Below, in pieces: positions 1 through 11,807 of a DNA stretch of 64,000 nucleotides. A model generated the notes under the pieces. It was not told where the DNA came from and searched no databases. It was given only the letters and a program-made list of their open reading frames with translations. Origin of the DNA: a virus; the IMG/VR virus record IMGVR_UViG_2823662158_000001; one strand, given 5' to 3'. The stretch's first letter is position 1, and each line of letters starts with the position of its first letter. A program made the position numbers and the translations under genes.

Positions 1-1158
1 ATTGACACAAGAAAAATTCAGTTAGTAAATGAAACAGCAGTGTTTTGATTACATAGTAAGAACAACAGGTGCAACTACTTTCGATTATACAGTTCGGTAT
101 TTATTCGACCTAACTTTCCGAAGACGGTAGTAACAGAGCAAGACGTAATAGTGTAACGACTTTTGACTTTAATAGCAGTGCACCAGACATAACCATCGCG
201 GATTGGCTAAGCGGAACACTCAAACAGTTCAATCTAACATGCTACCCAACAGAAAATAATTAGAGTATCTAGAGCCATTACAGGAATGGTATCAAAGTGG
301 TGACACTATAGACATTACGCAATACGTTAGCATTAAAGTGGATAGACGACGAGTGGCAGGAATCGAAGTCTTTTACAGAAGCCAATGAGAAGCAGTACGG
401 AGCATTACAGGAAGTATTCCCACAATATGATGGGGGTAAGTATCAGATAAAGCTACCTTTTGAAACACTGTTATTCTCAAACATAGACACGGCTAACAAT
501 AATCTAATTGTAGGGTACTACCAAATCACCAAACTACAAGCCATACATTCCAAAACCTGAAGCTATACTTACAGGATGAAGTATCTCCTTGTTCTTCTAC
601 TTTGACGATGGTATTCTTTGATTAGTAGTTATTTACCGTTTGGGCAAGAGGTAGTATATAACTCTGCTCTATTTACTTTGAATTTCGGAAGTGAGTTCAG
701 TACTCTAGACAGTACGCCAAAAGAAAACAGTTTATACAGATTACAAGCCATACCTAGTAAACCTATTCCGAAGTAAAACGAGACCTGTAAGGCAAAGTTT
801 CCGATTAGTGTAATGACTAGACTAAGTTTAGAAGATGCGTTGATTATACGCGATAGTACAGAATTAACTTAAAGACTGACCTAACAAACGGCGTTACTAA
901 TCTAGTATTGATTAGTGACTTTGTACCAGATGCTACTACAGTTCCACAAACTGAACATTCGCCAAGGTAGCTCTAAACACTTCGTAGCCAAGTTCTGTAA
1001 CTCTCCCGGCAACAGATGAGACAGAACAAAACTGGGTATTAACAGTTCCTAGTAATGGAACAGGTAAGGATAGGTACGAGGTTTACACGGTATCTAGAAA
1101 CTTCCAAAACGGAGACGAGGCACAAGGAGAACAAGTAACCATTATACAAAGAGGGTAA
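1..1158 (+). other. Degraded low-quality copy of the 3' part of the tail-tip gene (about 32,991-34,583)
   Basis: Same sequence as the intact copy but with many multi-base deletions in positions 1-~990, typical of a low-coverage contig end. Confidence 0.85.
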
Positions 1159-1160
1159 AA

Positions 1161-1316
1161 ATGATTGAATTGATATTTGAAATGCTGTATTTAAGTGAGC
1201 ATTATGGACAAAGTGAATTAATAGAAATCGCCAAGGGTAAAAACGAACTACCAGAGGATTGGAAAGACGTTATGGCCCAAATAAAACGTAAGAAAGCATG
1301 GCAGAAGAAAGGGTAG
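1161..1316 (+). CDS. Small protein upstream of the tape measure (MIELIFEMLYLSEHYGQSELIEIAKGK..., 51 aa)
   Basis: ATG at 1161, TAG at 1314-1316, overlaps the tape-measure start; copy at 34586-34741. Confidence 0.6.
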   Translation: MIELIFEMLYLSEHYGQSELIEIAKGKNELPEDWKDVMAQIKRKKAWQKKG

Positions 1317-3413
1317 TAAAATTAACGGTTGACGCTTCACAGGCGGACAAATCACTAAAGAAGTTTGGCGGCACTTTAGAAGACGTATATGGAGAAGGTG
1401 TACAACCTTTGAATTTTGCTATTGGTGAGCTAGAAGATAGACTTTACGAAATGGCAGCGGCTGGTCAGTCAGGCACGAAAGAGTTTGCGGACATGGCCAA
1501 GGAAGTCGCCAACATGAAAAAGGTGATTATAGACACTGATGCTGCCGTAGATGGACTTGCAGAAGGTGTTGGTGTTCACTTAGGGGAGCTATCCAGGGTG
1601 TAGCTGGCGGGTTTGCACTAGCCCAAGGCGTTATGGGTGCATTCGGTGCTAATAGTGAGGCGTTAGAAGAAACTCTACTTAAAGTACAGAGCGCCATGGC
1701 TATCGCTGATGGTATCCAGTCGGTGCGTGAAGGTATCAAAGCATTTAAAGCCCTCAAAGTTGCCGCTATGTCCAATATAGTGGTTCAAAACTATTGAACG
1801 TTGTAATGAGTTTAAACCCTGTTGGATTAATTATCGCAGGAGTCGCAGCATTGGCAGCGGCTATCTACGCACTGTGGGACCCGATTAAGCAGCTTTTACA
1901 GTTCCTTGGACTAATGGAAGAGGACACCATTTCAGCAGCGGAAGCTAATAAGCAGTTGACTAAATCCTATGAACGCCAAACAGAGGCAATGGATAGAGCG
2001 TCAAAGACTATGGATGAGATGCACCGTCACAGAATGAAACTTCTACAACTTCAAGGCGCTACCCTAGAGGAGCTACACGAAGAGGAGTTGAAACAAATGG
2101 AAGAGGCGAAAGAGGCACGTCACGCCAGAGCAGAAGCGGAACGCGACATGATTAAGAAGAGCCAAAAATGTATAAAAAAGCATTGGCCGAGGAGGATTGG
2201 GATACTGCCAAAAGCGCAAGGGAGCAAGTAGAAACTAGTCGCGCCAAATACCGAGAGTTAGAGCATGAAGAACTCCAGTACCAAAACAATAAAAAAGAGA
2301 TAGAACTCCAATTTGAAAAGGACAAGGCCGCACGTGACAAAAAAAAGTAGACGAAGAAAAGGCTAGATTAAAGGAGCGCCAAGATGCTTGGAAAGAATAC
2401 CAAGACAATAGGCTTAATGCGGCTAGAGAAATTAGGGATTTAGAAATATCTCTAATGCAAGAGGGGAAGGATAAGGAGTTGGAAGCATTGAACACATCTT
2501 TAGACAGGCAAATTGAAGACACTAAGAAAGCTGAAAACTTAACCCAAAAAGAAAAGCAGAGATTAATAGACTTATATAACCAGCAACGGGAACAAAAGGA
2601 GAAAGAAATCAATGACAAGTACATTGAAGCCCAAAAGGAAAGAGAGAAAAAGCAGCGGATGCGGTTAAAGCAATAAGAGAGGCGCAAGCACAAGAAGAGG
2701 AGGACTTCTATGAGGAATACAGACAAAATGTAACCAATAGAGACCAACTAGAAATTGAAGCGGTACAGGAAAAGTATTTCCGATTGATAGAACTCGCTAA
2801 ACAATATGGACTGGATACCCAAGAACTTGAGCAACGACAAGCAGACGAAGTTAAAGCTATTAAAGACAAAGCAGCAAAGGAGGACGAAGAAAGAGATAAG
2901 CAAGTACAAGAGGCTAAATTCTCTATAACTCAAAGCAGCCTAACGGCCATCAATGACCTAGTACAAGCGTTTGCCGGAGAGAGTGAAGCAGCACAACGTA
3001 GGGCTTTTAATGTGAATAAGGCTGTCAGTATCGCTCAAGCTACTATTGACACGTATAAGAGTGCTACGGCAATATTCGCCAGTGTAGCCGCTAACCCTAT
3101 TACTATTGCCAACCCATCTGCGCCATTTATTGCAGCAGGAGCAGCAGTAGCTAGTGGTGTCGCTAATATCGCAACCATCGCAGCCCAGCAATTCCAAGGA
3201 GGAGGCGCTGGTGGTGGAGGTGGCGCGGCCAACGTTCCAAGCGCGTTATCCTCAAGTCCACAATTCAACATTGTAGGTGATACGGGCATTAACCAACTTG
3301 CCCAAACACTAGGACAACAGGGACAAGCACCTGTAGAGGCTTATGTAGTGGCAGGAAACGTAACTACAGCCCAGAGTTTAGAACGAAACAAAATAGACAA
3401 CGCAAGTTTGTAG
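1298..3413 (+). CDS. Tail tape measure protein (split by sequencing frameshifts)
   Basis: Consecutive frames: Ala/Gly-rich hydrophobic segments (NPVGLIIAGVAALAAAIY), a long E/K/Q coiled coil, C-terminal 'PVEAYVVAGNVTTAQSL'; breaks differ between copies. Confidence 0.85.
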
Positions 3414-3415
3414 GA

Positions 3416-3448
3416 TAAAAAAGGCCGCCTATAAAGAAGACGGCCAAC
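3416..3448 (-). terminator. Intrinsic terminator on the minus strand (may be bidirectional)
   Basis: GGCCGCC-tataaagaa-GACGGCC hairpin with an A6 run on its left, which is a U-tract on the minus strand. Confidence 0.75.
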
Positions 3449-3478
3449 CTAAACACAAAAATAACTTGTCTATGAAAG
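3416..3478 (-). ncRNA. Candidate small antisense RNA (~60 nt)
   Basis: Lies between the minus-strand promoter at 3513-3482 and the terminator; no ORF; body UUUCAUAGACAAGUUAUUUUUGUGUUU. Confidence 0.5.
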
Positions 3479-3481
3479 TTG

Positions 3482-3513
3482 CTAATATAAACAAATTTTG
3501 AAACTACAACAAA
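3482..3513 (-). promoter_or_regulatory. Bacteroidota housekeeping-type promoter (-33/-7)
   Basis: Minus strand reads TTTG-N20-TATATTAG; the established consensus is TTTG-N19-21-TAnnTTTG. Confidence 0.6.
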
Positions 3514-3540
3514 ATACAACGAAAAAAGTTTTTAAATATG
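3509..3540 (+). promoter_or_regulatory. Putative late promoter ACAA-N14-AGTT-N7/8-ATG
   Basis: Motif shared with 6007, 9168 and 28357; the spacer to ATG is 8 nt in copy 2. Confidence 0.65.
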
Positions 3541-4169
3541 GCAAAATTACAAGAGATAGAGTTATTTATTGAGGATGAAAGCCAAGACGGGTTTTTGCTA
3601 TTTCCTTAGTAGATAAACCAGCGATAGAAGAGGACTTTATAGCATTGTCCAAGCACGACCAAGACGAAACGATACAACTACAGGTAGCAGACGAAGAGAG
3701 ACGTATTGCAGTAGGATATGCACTTATCCCAGAGAAGCGTATTTATAGAAAGATGCAACCAAAAGGATTCGATGAGCCTGTAGAGTTTAACATCTACTTC
3801 ACCAAGGAAACAATAGCCAAAACACAGGAGCTATACATGCGTAACCTAAACGCTAATAATGCAACGGTTGACCATGAGAAACCTGTACAAGATTGCACTG
3901 TAATTGAGTCCTGGATCACAGAGGACACTAAACACGACAAGATAAATCTATTCAACGTAGAGCCAATCATGGGAGGTTGGGCAGTTATGATGAAGATTAA
4001 CAACGATGAAGTTTGGAACGATGTGAAAGCAGGAGAGTACAAAGGCTTTTCAATCGAAGGTTTATACAAAGGGTTTGAAAACCTAAAACTAGAAGAGGAA
4101 GTTAAAGAATTAACAGACGACGAGAAAATTCAACAAATAATTAAAATACTAGAAGATGGCAATAACTAA
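3538..4169 (+). CDS. Prohead protease, XkdF-like
   Basis: Intact 210-aa ORF in copy 2; motifs 'AISLVDKPAIEEDF', 'ALIPEKRIYR', 'TVDH', 'ESWI', 'KGFSIEG'; precedes scaffold and capsid. Confidence 0.8.
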
Positions 4170-4533
4170 TAACGGTACAGAGGTAACACTACCAAGCTCA
4201 ATTTTACCAACGGGTTACACAAAACCAAGCACTACAACTTTTACTGATTGGGAGTACAAGCGTGAGTTAACTCTAAACGTGACCAAGGCAACAGTGGAGA
4301 ACGCTACACGAGCTACAACACTAACTAACATTGTAGACAACGGTACTGTAGGAATTGATGCACAGATTGACGCTATTTTGGCAGCAGATTTTGATGCTAC
4401 AGATACGGTAACGGCATACACTGAGTTTTACAAGATTGAGAGCAACATTCCTGTAAATGCAACGGGAGATTTTTACACTAACACGGCAGTATCATACGTA
4501 TGTTACTGTAGACTATATGTAAAGGTAGCGTAA
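4156..4533 (+). CDS. Thr-rich putative virion structural protein (125 aa)
   Basis: Intact ORF within the head module, beta-rich composition. Confidence 0.55.
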   Translation: MAITNNGTEVTLPSSILPTGYTKPSTTTFTDWEYKRELTLNVTKATVENATRATTLTNIVDNGTVGIDAQIDAILAADFDATDTVTAYTEFYKIESNIPVNATGDFYTNTAVSYVCYCRLYVKVA

Positions 4534-4534
4534 T

Positions 4535-5871
4535 ATGCCAATTGGGGACTTACCTTCTTATGTGAGATATAAAGACATTACCACACCTGTAGGTGATGAA
4601 TATATATACCTGGATTCGCCAAGCGATGACATACCACGGCGGATATCTGTAAGCAATTTAGGTTCTAGCTCTTTTGGGACTTTAGACGGACGCATAGTTG
4701 TTAATCAGTCAAACGTAGCGACTACTTTAGGCGGTACAATAGACAGCACCAAACAGTATTTCATTGACGGTAGTATTGACATGTCAGGGGTTACGGTTAC
4801 TGTTCCAAGTACGGGGATATTCATTAAGGGCTACAACCTTGACTTATCTTTTCTTACTTGTTCGGATAACAGTTATGTCATGTTTGACGGTGCAACAGCT
4901 GGGAATGTATTCTTTCAAGATATTACACTAACAACTTCGGGGACAGCTTCACAGGTTTTTGACCTGACGGACGCGACCGGATTTAATGCGGTTGAATTAG
5001 TACGCGTGAACTTTAACGACTGTACAGCAATTGGAGAGTTAAACGGATACAGGCAAGGACTAGAAACAAATACGGGTCGATTTGGAGGAACGCCAGAAAT
5101 GACACTTTCGGGAACATGGATAGGTGGATATTTCATTGATGTTTCAATTGTTCGTGGTTTAACAAATGGGGGTATGCTTTATACAAAGCGGGCACAGGTT
5201 TTTCAATGCGTAGTAGGTTTAGAACTAACCAAAATATTGATCTACCTGCATCAGCATCATTCTTTGATTTTGCACCCAGCAATTTTGCCAATCCTTCGAC
5301 AGTTCAAGTACAAGGCGCACTTGTATCGCGTAGTGGTGTTTTTGATGCTACTGATACCAATATCACACCAAACATAACACAAGCAGACCTTGAGAGCGCA
5401 TGGAGTAATAATATTGGAATGCCTAACACTTTTGAAGGTGGTAAACTAACACTAACAACAGAAATAGCAACTTCTTTAAGCGTTGGCGTATGGTCAACAA
5501 TTGCTGGAACTTGGACGGCTTCAAATCTAGAGCATTTTGACAGCCCTAGCAATGGTGAGTTAAGGCATTTAGGAACTTCGCCAAGGGAGTATAAATGTAT
5601 AGTGAATTTCATTATTAACGGAGGAGGTAATGATGATATCGGTGTACGTGTTCGAAAATGGGATAACAGCGCAAGCGCATTCGTAGATGGTACAGAGATA
5701 AGAAGGCAAGTTAATAACATAGTTGGAGGGCGTGATGTTGCTTTCTATAATATCAGTTTCAATATTGAACTAGACCAAAACGACTATGTTTTCTTCCAAG
5801 TAAGAAACAACACAGACAACACCAACATAACATTAGAGCTAGATTCTGATTTTGTAATTGAAGAAAGATAA
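4535..5871 (+). CDS. Beta-rich putative virion decoration/fibre protein (~445 aa, one frameshift near 5175)
   Basis: ORFs 4535-5377 and 5206-5871 join at a G-run; rich in Thr/Gly/Asn. Confidence 0.6.
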
Positions 5872-6006
5872 AATGAAAAAAAGAAGGGCAAATATTCGCC
5901 AAAGATGACAGCAGAAGAGTATAAAAACTAACAGGCCAAGGACTAGGTAGCCTATATAACGGTCATATTGGAAATGTTACAAATGTACCAAGAAGTTAAA
6001 AATACA

Positions 6007-6039
6007 ACAAGTTAAATAATAAATAGTTAAATACGTATG
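6007..6039 (+). promoter_or_regulatory. Putative late promoter ACAA-N14-AGTT-N8-ATG
   Basis: ACAA 6007-10, AGTT 6025-28, ATG 6037. Confidence 0.65.
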
Positions 6040-6670
6040 AAGACAGAACTATCAAAAGTAGAAAAGATCAAAAAGGTGTTGGGAATGCCTATTGATTTGG
6101 CTGAGATGCTTCTAGATGACGGGGTTACTGTCATTGAGGCGGAAGTATTTGAAGCAGGACAGGAAGTTAATATCAAAACAGAGGACGGGCAGTCTATCCC
6201 TTTACCAGTTGGTGAAATATGGACTACAGGACGGGATGGTATTAGTAGTACAAGAAGAGGGTATCATTGGTGAGATCCGCCAAGCTACAGAAGAACAACC
6301 ACAAGAGGAAGAGGAAGTAGCAGCAGCAGACAAACCAACAGAACAACCCGTAGCAAAGAAAGTAGTAGAGTCAGTTTCTAAAGAGACTTACTTCTCAGCA
6401 GAGGAAAAAGAGGAATTAGAGGCTAAAATTACTGCACTAGAAGCACAGGTGGCGGAATTGTCTAAGCAAGACGAGGAAGAAACAAAAGAAGAGGTTAAAG
6501 AGGAAACGGTAGAGCTTAAAGAAGAGGAAGTGAAGCCAATCACTCACAACCCTGAGAATAAAGAAAAGCAAGAGTCAGTATTCAAGTTAGCAGCTAACCG
6601 CAAAGCAGACTCTATCCAAGACAGAGTAAGGAACACAATTTTAAAAACTAATAAACAATGGCAACATTAA
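6037..6670 (+). CDS. Head scaffolding protein
   Basis: Very acidic coiled coil with 'PLPVGEY' and 'KPITHNPE'; sits between protease and capsid; 214 aa in copy 2. Confidence 0.7.
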
Positions 6671-7077
6671 CACACGTATCTAATGACGTACAACGTGCCA
6701 AAGCAGAAGTAGAGACTATTTCAGCGGCACAAACATTAACAGAAGCGGATAGCGGAAAGGTATTGATCCTTAACGCAGCAGCAGGAGCAACAATCACTTT
6801 GCCTGCATTAGGTTCTGGGCTTCGATTTAAGTTCGTAGTAGGAGCAGCGTTCGCAACGACTAACTGGGTAGTGGACTCAGCAGAAGGGGACAACATTAAC
6901 GGAATTTTGGTAGTAAACGGAGCAAGCGTAGCGGCGTCAGGAGAGGACCAAGTAGATTTCGTAGCCTCAGCAGAGTCTATCGGAGACTACATTGAGTTGG
7001 TTTGTGACGGTTCGCAATGGCTTCTTAGCGGTGTTGGTTCAGCAGCAGGATCAATTACAACTACAGACCCATCATAA
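6658..7077 (+). CDS. Putative capsid decoration/cement protein (139 aa)
   Basis: 'QTLTEADSGKVLILNAAAGATITLPA' fibre-like motif, immediately upstream of the capsid gene. Confidence 0.55.
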   Translation: MATLTHVSNDVQRAKAEVETISAAQTLTEADSGKVLILNAAAGATITLPALGSGLRFKFVVGAAFATTNWVVDSAEGDNINGILVVNGASVAASGEDQVDFVASAESIGDYIELVCDGSQWLLSGVGSAAGSITTTDPS

Positions 7078-7106
7078 TTAAGTAAATAACATTATAAATA
7101 TTAAAA

Positions 7107-8029
7107 ATGGCAACAACAACTAGTATTACTACTATTACGCTGGTGAATCAGCAGGGAAGTACGTATCAGCAGCACTTTTGTCAGGTGACACACTTTCAAA
7201 AGGACTTATTGAAATTAAACCAAATGTAAAGTACAAGCAAGTATTGAAGCGTTTGGCGACTAACGACATTTTGAAAAATGCAGGGTGTGACTTTGACCCA
7301 ACTTCTACAGTTACATTGACTGAGAGAATTTTGGAGCCGGAGTACTTCAAGGTTAACTTGCAATTGTGTAAAGAGGACTTCCGTTCAGATTGGGAGGCAG
7401 AATCAATGGGTTATTCAGCACACGATGAACTTCCAAAGACTTTCGCAGATTACATGATTTCATACGTAGCAGCTAAAGTAGCAGCTAAGATGGAAACTAA
7501 CATATGGGCAGGTGCAACAGCAAACAACGGTGAATTTGACGGGTTTGAGGTTCTATTGGCTTCTAACGCAGACCAACCAGCATCACAAGAAGTAGCAGGA
7601 ACAACATTGGACGCTTCAAACATTGTAGCAGAACTTGGGAAAGTAGTAGACGAGATTCCGAACGCATTGTTTAAAGATGACCTTTGTATCTTCATTCCTA
7701 TCTCAGCATACCGTTTGTACCTTCGCGCACAGGCAGCACTTGGGTTCATTGATCGTTTCAATAACCAAGACATGGGAGACGTTATGTTCGACGGTGTTAA
7801 ATTGGTAGTATGTCCTGGAATGTCAGACAATACAATGATCTGTACTACTAAAGACAACTTGTACTTTGGTACAGGGTTGGTATCTGACCACAACCAAGTT
7901 AAGGTTATCGACATGGAAGACATCGACGGTTCAGATAACGTTCGTTTCATCATGAAAATGAGTGCAGCGGTACAGTACGCTAACGGTGAAGACATCGTGA
8001 CTTACGGTATCACTAACTCTGCAAACTAA
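7107..8029 (+). CDS. Major capsid protein (~305 aa)
   Basis: Starts MATTTSITTYAGESAGKY; strongly biased high-expression codons; follows the scaffold and is followed by a terminator. Confidence 0.82.
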
Positions 8030-8048
8030 GATTAACTAACTAGAGTAT

Positions 8049-8079
8049 AAAGGGGTAGGGCTTCTGCCTTACCCTTTTT
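8049..8079 (+). terminator. Intrinsic terminator after the capsid gene
   Basis: AAGGGGTAGGG-cttct-GCCTTACCCTTTTT. Confidence 0.8.
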
Positions 8080-8100
8080 AATAAATAAAAACTTATAAAA

Positions 8101-8653
8101 ATGGCATGTGATATTACAGCAGCACGTAATGAGGTTTGTAAAGATGCAATTGGTGGTTTAGATGCTATCTACTTTATTAACTTTGACGATGCTCCATATA
8201 GCTCAGTAGTTTTTGACGCGACCAATACGGACGTAGTAGAAACTATCAACGGTACGCCTGGTACTGTATCTGCATACAAATACGAATTGAAAGCAGATGA
8301 AAACACATTTGAAGAAACTATTGTTTCTGACCGTAACACAGGTAGCACATTCTTTGAGGGTGTATTGAATGTTTCATTGAAAAGATGGATTTGGCAGCAC
8401 ACAAAGAGGTGAAATTATTGGCGTTTAACCGTCCGCACATTGTACTTCGTGACCGTAACGACAACTTCTATTATATGGGCGCTCGTTGGGGGTGTGAATT
8501 GACAGGAGGAAGTATTGCTACAGGTGGAGCAATGGGAGACAAAAACGGATATATGTTAACGTTTACTTCAAAAGAGGCTATTCCTATTCGTTCATGGAAG
8601 CAACAGACGAAGCAGGATTGAACACGGCTGGCTTAAACGTGGTAACTGCATAA
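8101..8653 (+). CDS. Major tail (tube) protein
   Basis: 183 aa in copy 2; 'MACDITAARNEVCKDAIGGL', 'TGGAMGDKNGYMLTF'; high-expression codons. Confidence 0.7.
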
Positions 8654-8674
8654 GTTACTTGATTCTTTCATAGT

Positions 8675-8699
8675 AAAAGGGGTGAAATTCCCTTTATTT
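8675..8699 (+). terminator. Intrinsic terminator after the tail tube gene
   Basis: AAAAGGGG-tgaaatt-CCCCTTT (copy 2 has the full C4). Confidence 0.65.
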
Positions 8700-8713
8700 A
8701 ATACATTTACAAT

Positions 8714-9063
8714 ATGAAAAATATAAAAATAGAATTAACGACAAGCTATTCAAGCAAGAAGAAAAGGTAGAGTTGCAGAGTGAGAGGGTAGACTTGTCAA
8801 GCGTTAAAGAAATTCAAAAATTCATTGATGCCGTTCGCAAAGACATTCAAAAACTAGATTCCGAGGAGACAAAACTCGAAGCAAGTTTACAGAAATACAG
8901 AAAGCAACAAAAAGATTATAACCAACTTGTTAACCTTACAGAAAAGGGCTTTGGTCTTATTGAAGATTCGGTGTCGAAGTTTGAATCAAAACTTAAAGAA
9001 CTAGGTTTAAATCCAAACTCTCAACCTATAATTAAGGGCGCTGAAAAGGAAGTAAGGGGTTGA
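8714..9063 (+). CDS. Small coiled-coil protein with an N-terminal 'EEKVELQSERVDL' segment; possible internal head protein or moron
   Basis: ATG at 8714, 4 nt after TACATTTA; a frameshift in an A-run joins it to ORF 8773-9063; terminators on both sides. Confidence 0.55.
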
Positions 9064-9134
9064 AAAATATTCTTAAAAATTAAAACAATCAGTTAAAAGG
9101 TTTAATCTGAATTAATGCAACAAACCATACTGCC

Positions 9135-9164
9135 AACCACTCTTAACGGGGTGGTTTTTCTTTT
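9135..9164 (+). terminator. Intrinsic terminator
   Basis: AACCACTC-ttaacg-GGGTGGTT followed by a T-tract. Confidence 0.75.
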
Positions 9165-9167
9165 AAA

Positions 9168-9200
9168 ACAAATTAGCCAGTTTTTAGTCTTTATTATATG
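9168..9200 (+). promoter_or_regulatory. Putative late promoter ACAA-N14-AGTC-N8-ATG
   Basis: ACAA 9168-71, AGTC 9186-89, ATG 9198. Confidence 0.65.
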
Positions 9201-9527
9201 ATCGTTCTACAAGAAACAGCAACACCGCAAGAGTTCTATGTAATTCCAAGGGAGTACCAAGCAGACCGTATAGAAATAACTAGCGAAACAGAGGGTACAA
9301 CTACTTCTTATGACATTACAGCTAGTGTAGATGGTTACTATTTAACTTGGACAGAAGCCGTAACACTCAAAGAGAATAACTTTTATATGTTGACTGTTTA
9401 CAATGGTGCGGATATAGTGTACAAGGATAAGATATTCTGTACCAACCAAACCGTAGCAGACTACACGGTAAACAATAACGAATTTACGACCAACAGCACC
9501 AATAACGACTATATAACCCTTGATTAA
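9198..9527 (+). CDS. Virion structural protein (109 aa) upstream of the portal
   Basis: Intact ORF with 'IVYKDKIFCTNQ', translationally coupled to the portal gene. Confidence 0.6.
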   Translation: MIVLQETATPQEFYVIPREYQADRIEITSETEGTTTSYDITASVDGYYLTWTEAVTLKENNFYMLTVYNGADIVYKDKIFCTNQTVADYTVNNNEFTTNSTNNDYITLD

Positions 9528-11289
9528 TGGAAGGAATTGATAATATAGAAATAATCAACCTAGCACACTACGAAAGCCCAGAAGTAGTAGAAGATACTAG
9601 AGAGGATTGGGTAGAGTATGGCGAAGATAACACCTACTACGATTGGCTTATTGACCGTTTCCATAAGTCGCCAACAAACAACGCTATTATTAACAACATG
9701 GCACGTTTGATTTATGGTAAAGGACTAAGCGCATTAAATGCAAGCCGTAAGACACAGGAATACGCACAACTTAGAAGCCTATTTACACCCGAAGTATTAC
9801 GGGCAACTTGCCAAGGCTTAAAGATGCTAGGTGACCACTACCTGCAGTGTATTTACAATAAGAATCACACTAAAATTGAAAAGGTACACTTCATTACTGC
9901 CAACTTAGTACGACCAGAGAAGTGCAACAAAGATGGAGAGATAGAAGGATACTACTACTGTGATAACTGGGAAGATACCAAGAAATACAAACCAATGCGA
10001 ATTCCAGCGTTCGGAACTTCTAACGAACGTATTGAATTGTTACGTATCATGCCTTACAGTGTAGGGTTTAAGTACTTCGCACCTGTAGATTACCAAGGCT
10101 GCCTACCATACACAGTACTAGAGGAAGAAATAGCAGACTATCTAATAAACGAGGTACAAAATCACTTCTCAGGTACTAAGGTCATCAACTTTAACAACGG
10201 TGAACCAACAGCAGAACAAAAGAAAGAGCTAAAGAGACGTGTACATAACAAGTTGGCAGGATCCCAAGGGAGAAAACAATTGTATCATTCAATAAGAACG
10301 TTGAGAATAGAACGACAGTAGAGGATATTCCGTTAAACGATGCGCCAGAGCATTACTCATATTTAAGTAAAGAAGCAGAACAAAAGATTTTGATTGGCCA
10401 CAATGTAACAAGCCCTATGCTTGTAGGTGTTGTAACGGATAACCAGGGCTTTAGTTCTAACGCTGATGAGATTGAAATAGCAGCAAAGTATTTCTACAAC
10501 ACCACTGTACAACCGTTCCAGGACCTAATTATAGACGCTATACAGAAGGTTTTGGCGTTCAATGGTGTTACGGGGTTAAAATTATATTTCAAGCGCTTAA
10601 ACTTGCTAGAATCGCTTGAAGAGGAAACACAGAGGCAGGAGGAAAGCGTAGGATTTAGCCTTAACTCACATTTGCAGGACTTCATAGATGAGTTTGGCGA
10701 AGATGAAAGTGAAGATTGGGAGTTGATAGACGCTAGAGAAGTAGATTATGACCAAGAAGATGAACTAGATAACCAATTAGCAGAATTCGAGACTAACCTA
10801 GTGGCACAGGATAAGACGTTATTAAGGAAGTTTTGGGAGTTTGCAACGGTAGGGCCAGACCAAACACACCAAGCGAACAAGATAGAAATAGATGGATTTT
10901 ATTTCCGAGTGCGTTACAAGTATGTAGGAAACAAAGCTCCAGAGCGTGACTTCTGTAGACAAATGATGAGAGCGTCCAAGGTGTACCGTAAAGAGGATAT
11001 ACTAGCAATGGAGGCACAAGGAATTAACCGTTCGCATGGACACGATGGACAGCCGTACAGTATTTGGCTATATAAGGGCGGTGTATCATGCCACCATAAA
11101 TGGGAACGCAGAACGTATGTAAGTACGCTGAAAAACGCTTCTATAGGATCACCCAAGACAAGCCAAATAAGCACTAATAAGGCGCGTAAATTCGGATACA
11201 GACCAACAAATGAAAAAGAGGTTTCTATGAAGCCAAAGGATATGCCATACGATGGACACCACCCAGAATGGATTGCTAAAAACACGTAA
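9527..11289 (+). CDS. Portal protein with a C-terminal MuF/head-morphogenesis-like extension (frameshifted)
   Basis: 'WVEYGEDN', 'SPTNNAII', 'IGHNVTSPMLVG' portal-like motifs, then 'RDFCRQMM...LYKGGVSCHHKWER'. Confidence 0.75.
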
Positions 11290-11292
11290 ACA

Positions 11293-11807
11293 ATGGCGAA
11301 AGCATTACTAATTACTAGAAAAGACTTGGTTAAAAAACAGCCATGAATGGAAACGTCGATACGGACGAGTTTATTCAGTTTGTTGAGATTGCCCAAGACA
11401 CACATATACAGAACTATTTAGGTACAGATCTACTAGAAAAGCTACAGGCATTAATTACAGCAGGAACTATTGGCGACCCTGGTAATGAAGACTACAACGA
11501 ACTATTAACCGAGTACGTTAAATTTATGTTGATCCATTGGGCTATGTATGAATATTTGCCATTTGCAGCCTATACAATTGCAAATAAAGGGGTTTATAAG
11601 CACTTGTCAGAAAATGCAGAATCGGTAGATAAGAATGAGGTGGACTACTTACAGGAAAAGCACAAGCAGATCGCGACCAACTACACAGAGCGCTGCATAG
11701 ACTACTTGACATTTAACGCGGGTGAGAAATTTCCAGAGTACTACTCGAATATTAACGAAGATGTAAGCCCTGACAAAATTACGGACATAACAGACTGGGA
11801 GATATGA
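11293..11807 (+). CDS. Head-tail adaptor/connector-like protein
   Basis: MAKALLITRKDLVK...AQDTHIQNYLGTDLLEKL; follows the portal. Confidence 0.6.

Noticed and set aside
1..990. Divergent paralogue of the tail-tip gene or a template repeat
   Set aside because: Differences from 32,991-34,400 are scattered multi-base deletions that stop at ~1 kb, typical of an unpolished contig end
8654..8699. A fourth anti-start-codon sRNA (contains CTTTCATAG, shared with the minus-strand unit at 3416-3478)
   Set aside because: No convincing promoter element; more simply the 3' UTR and terminator of the tail tube gene
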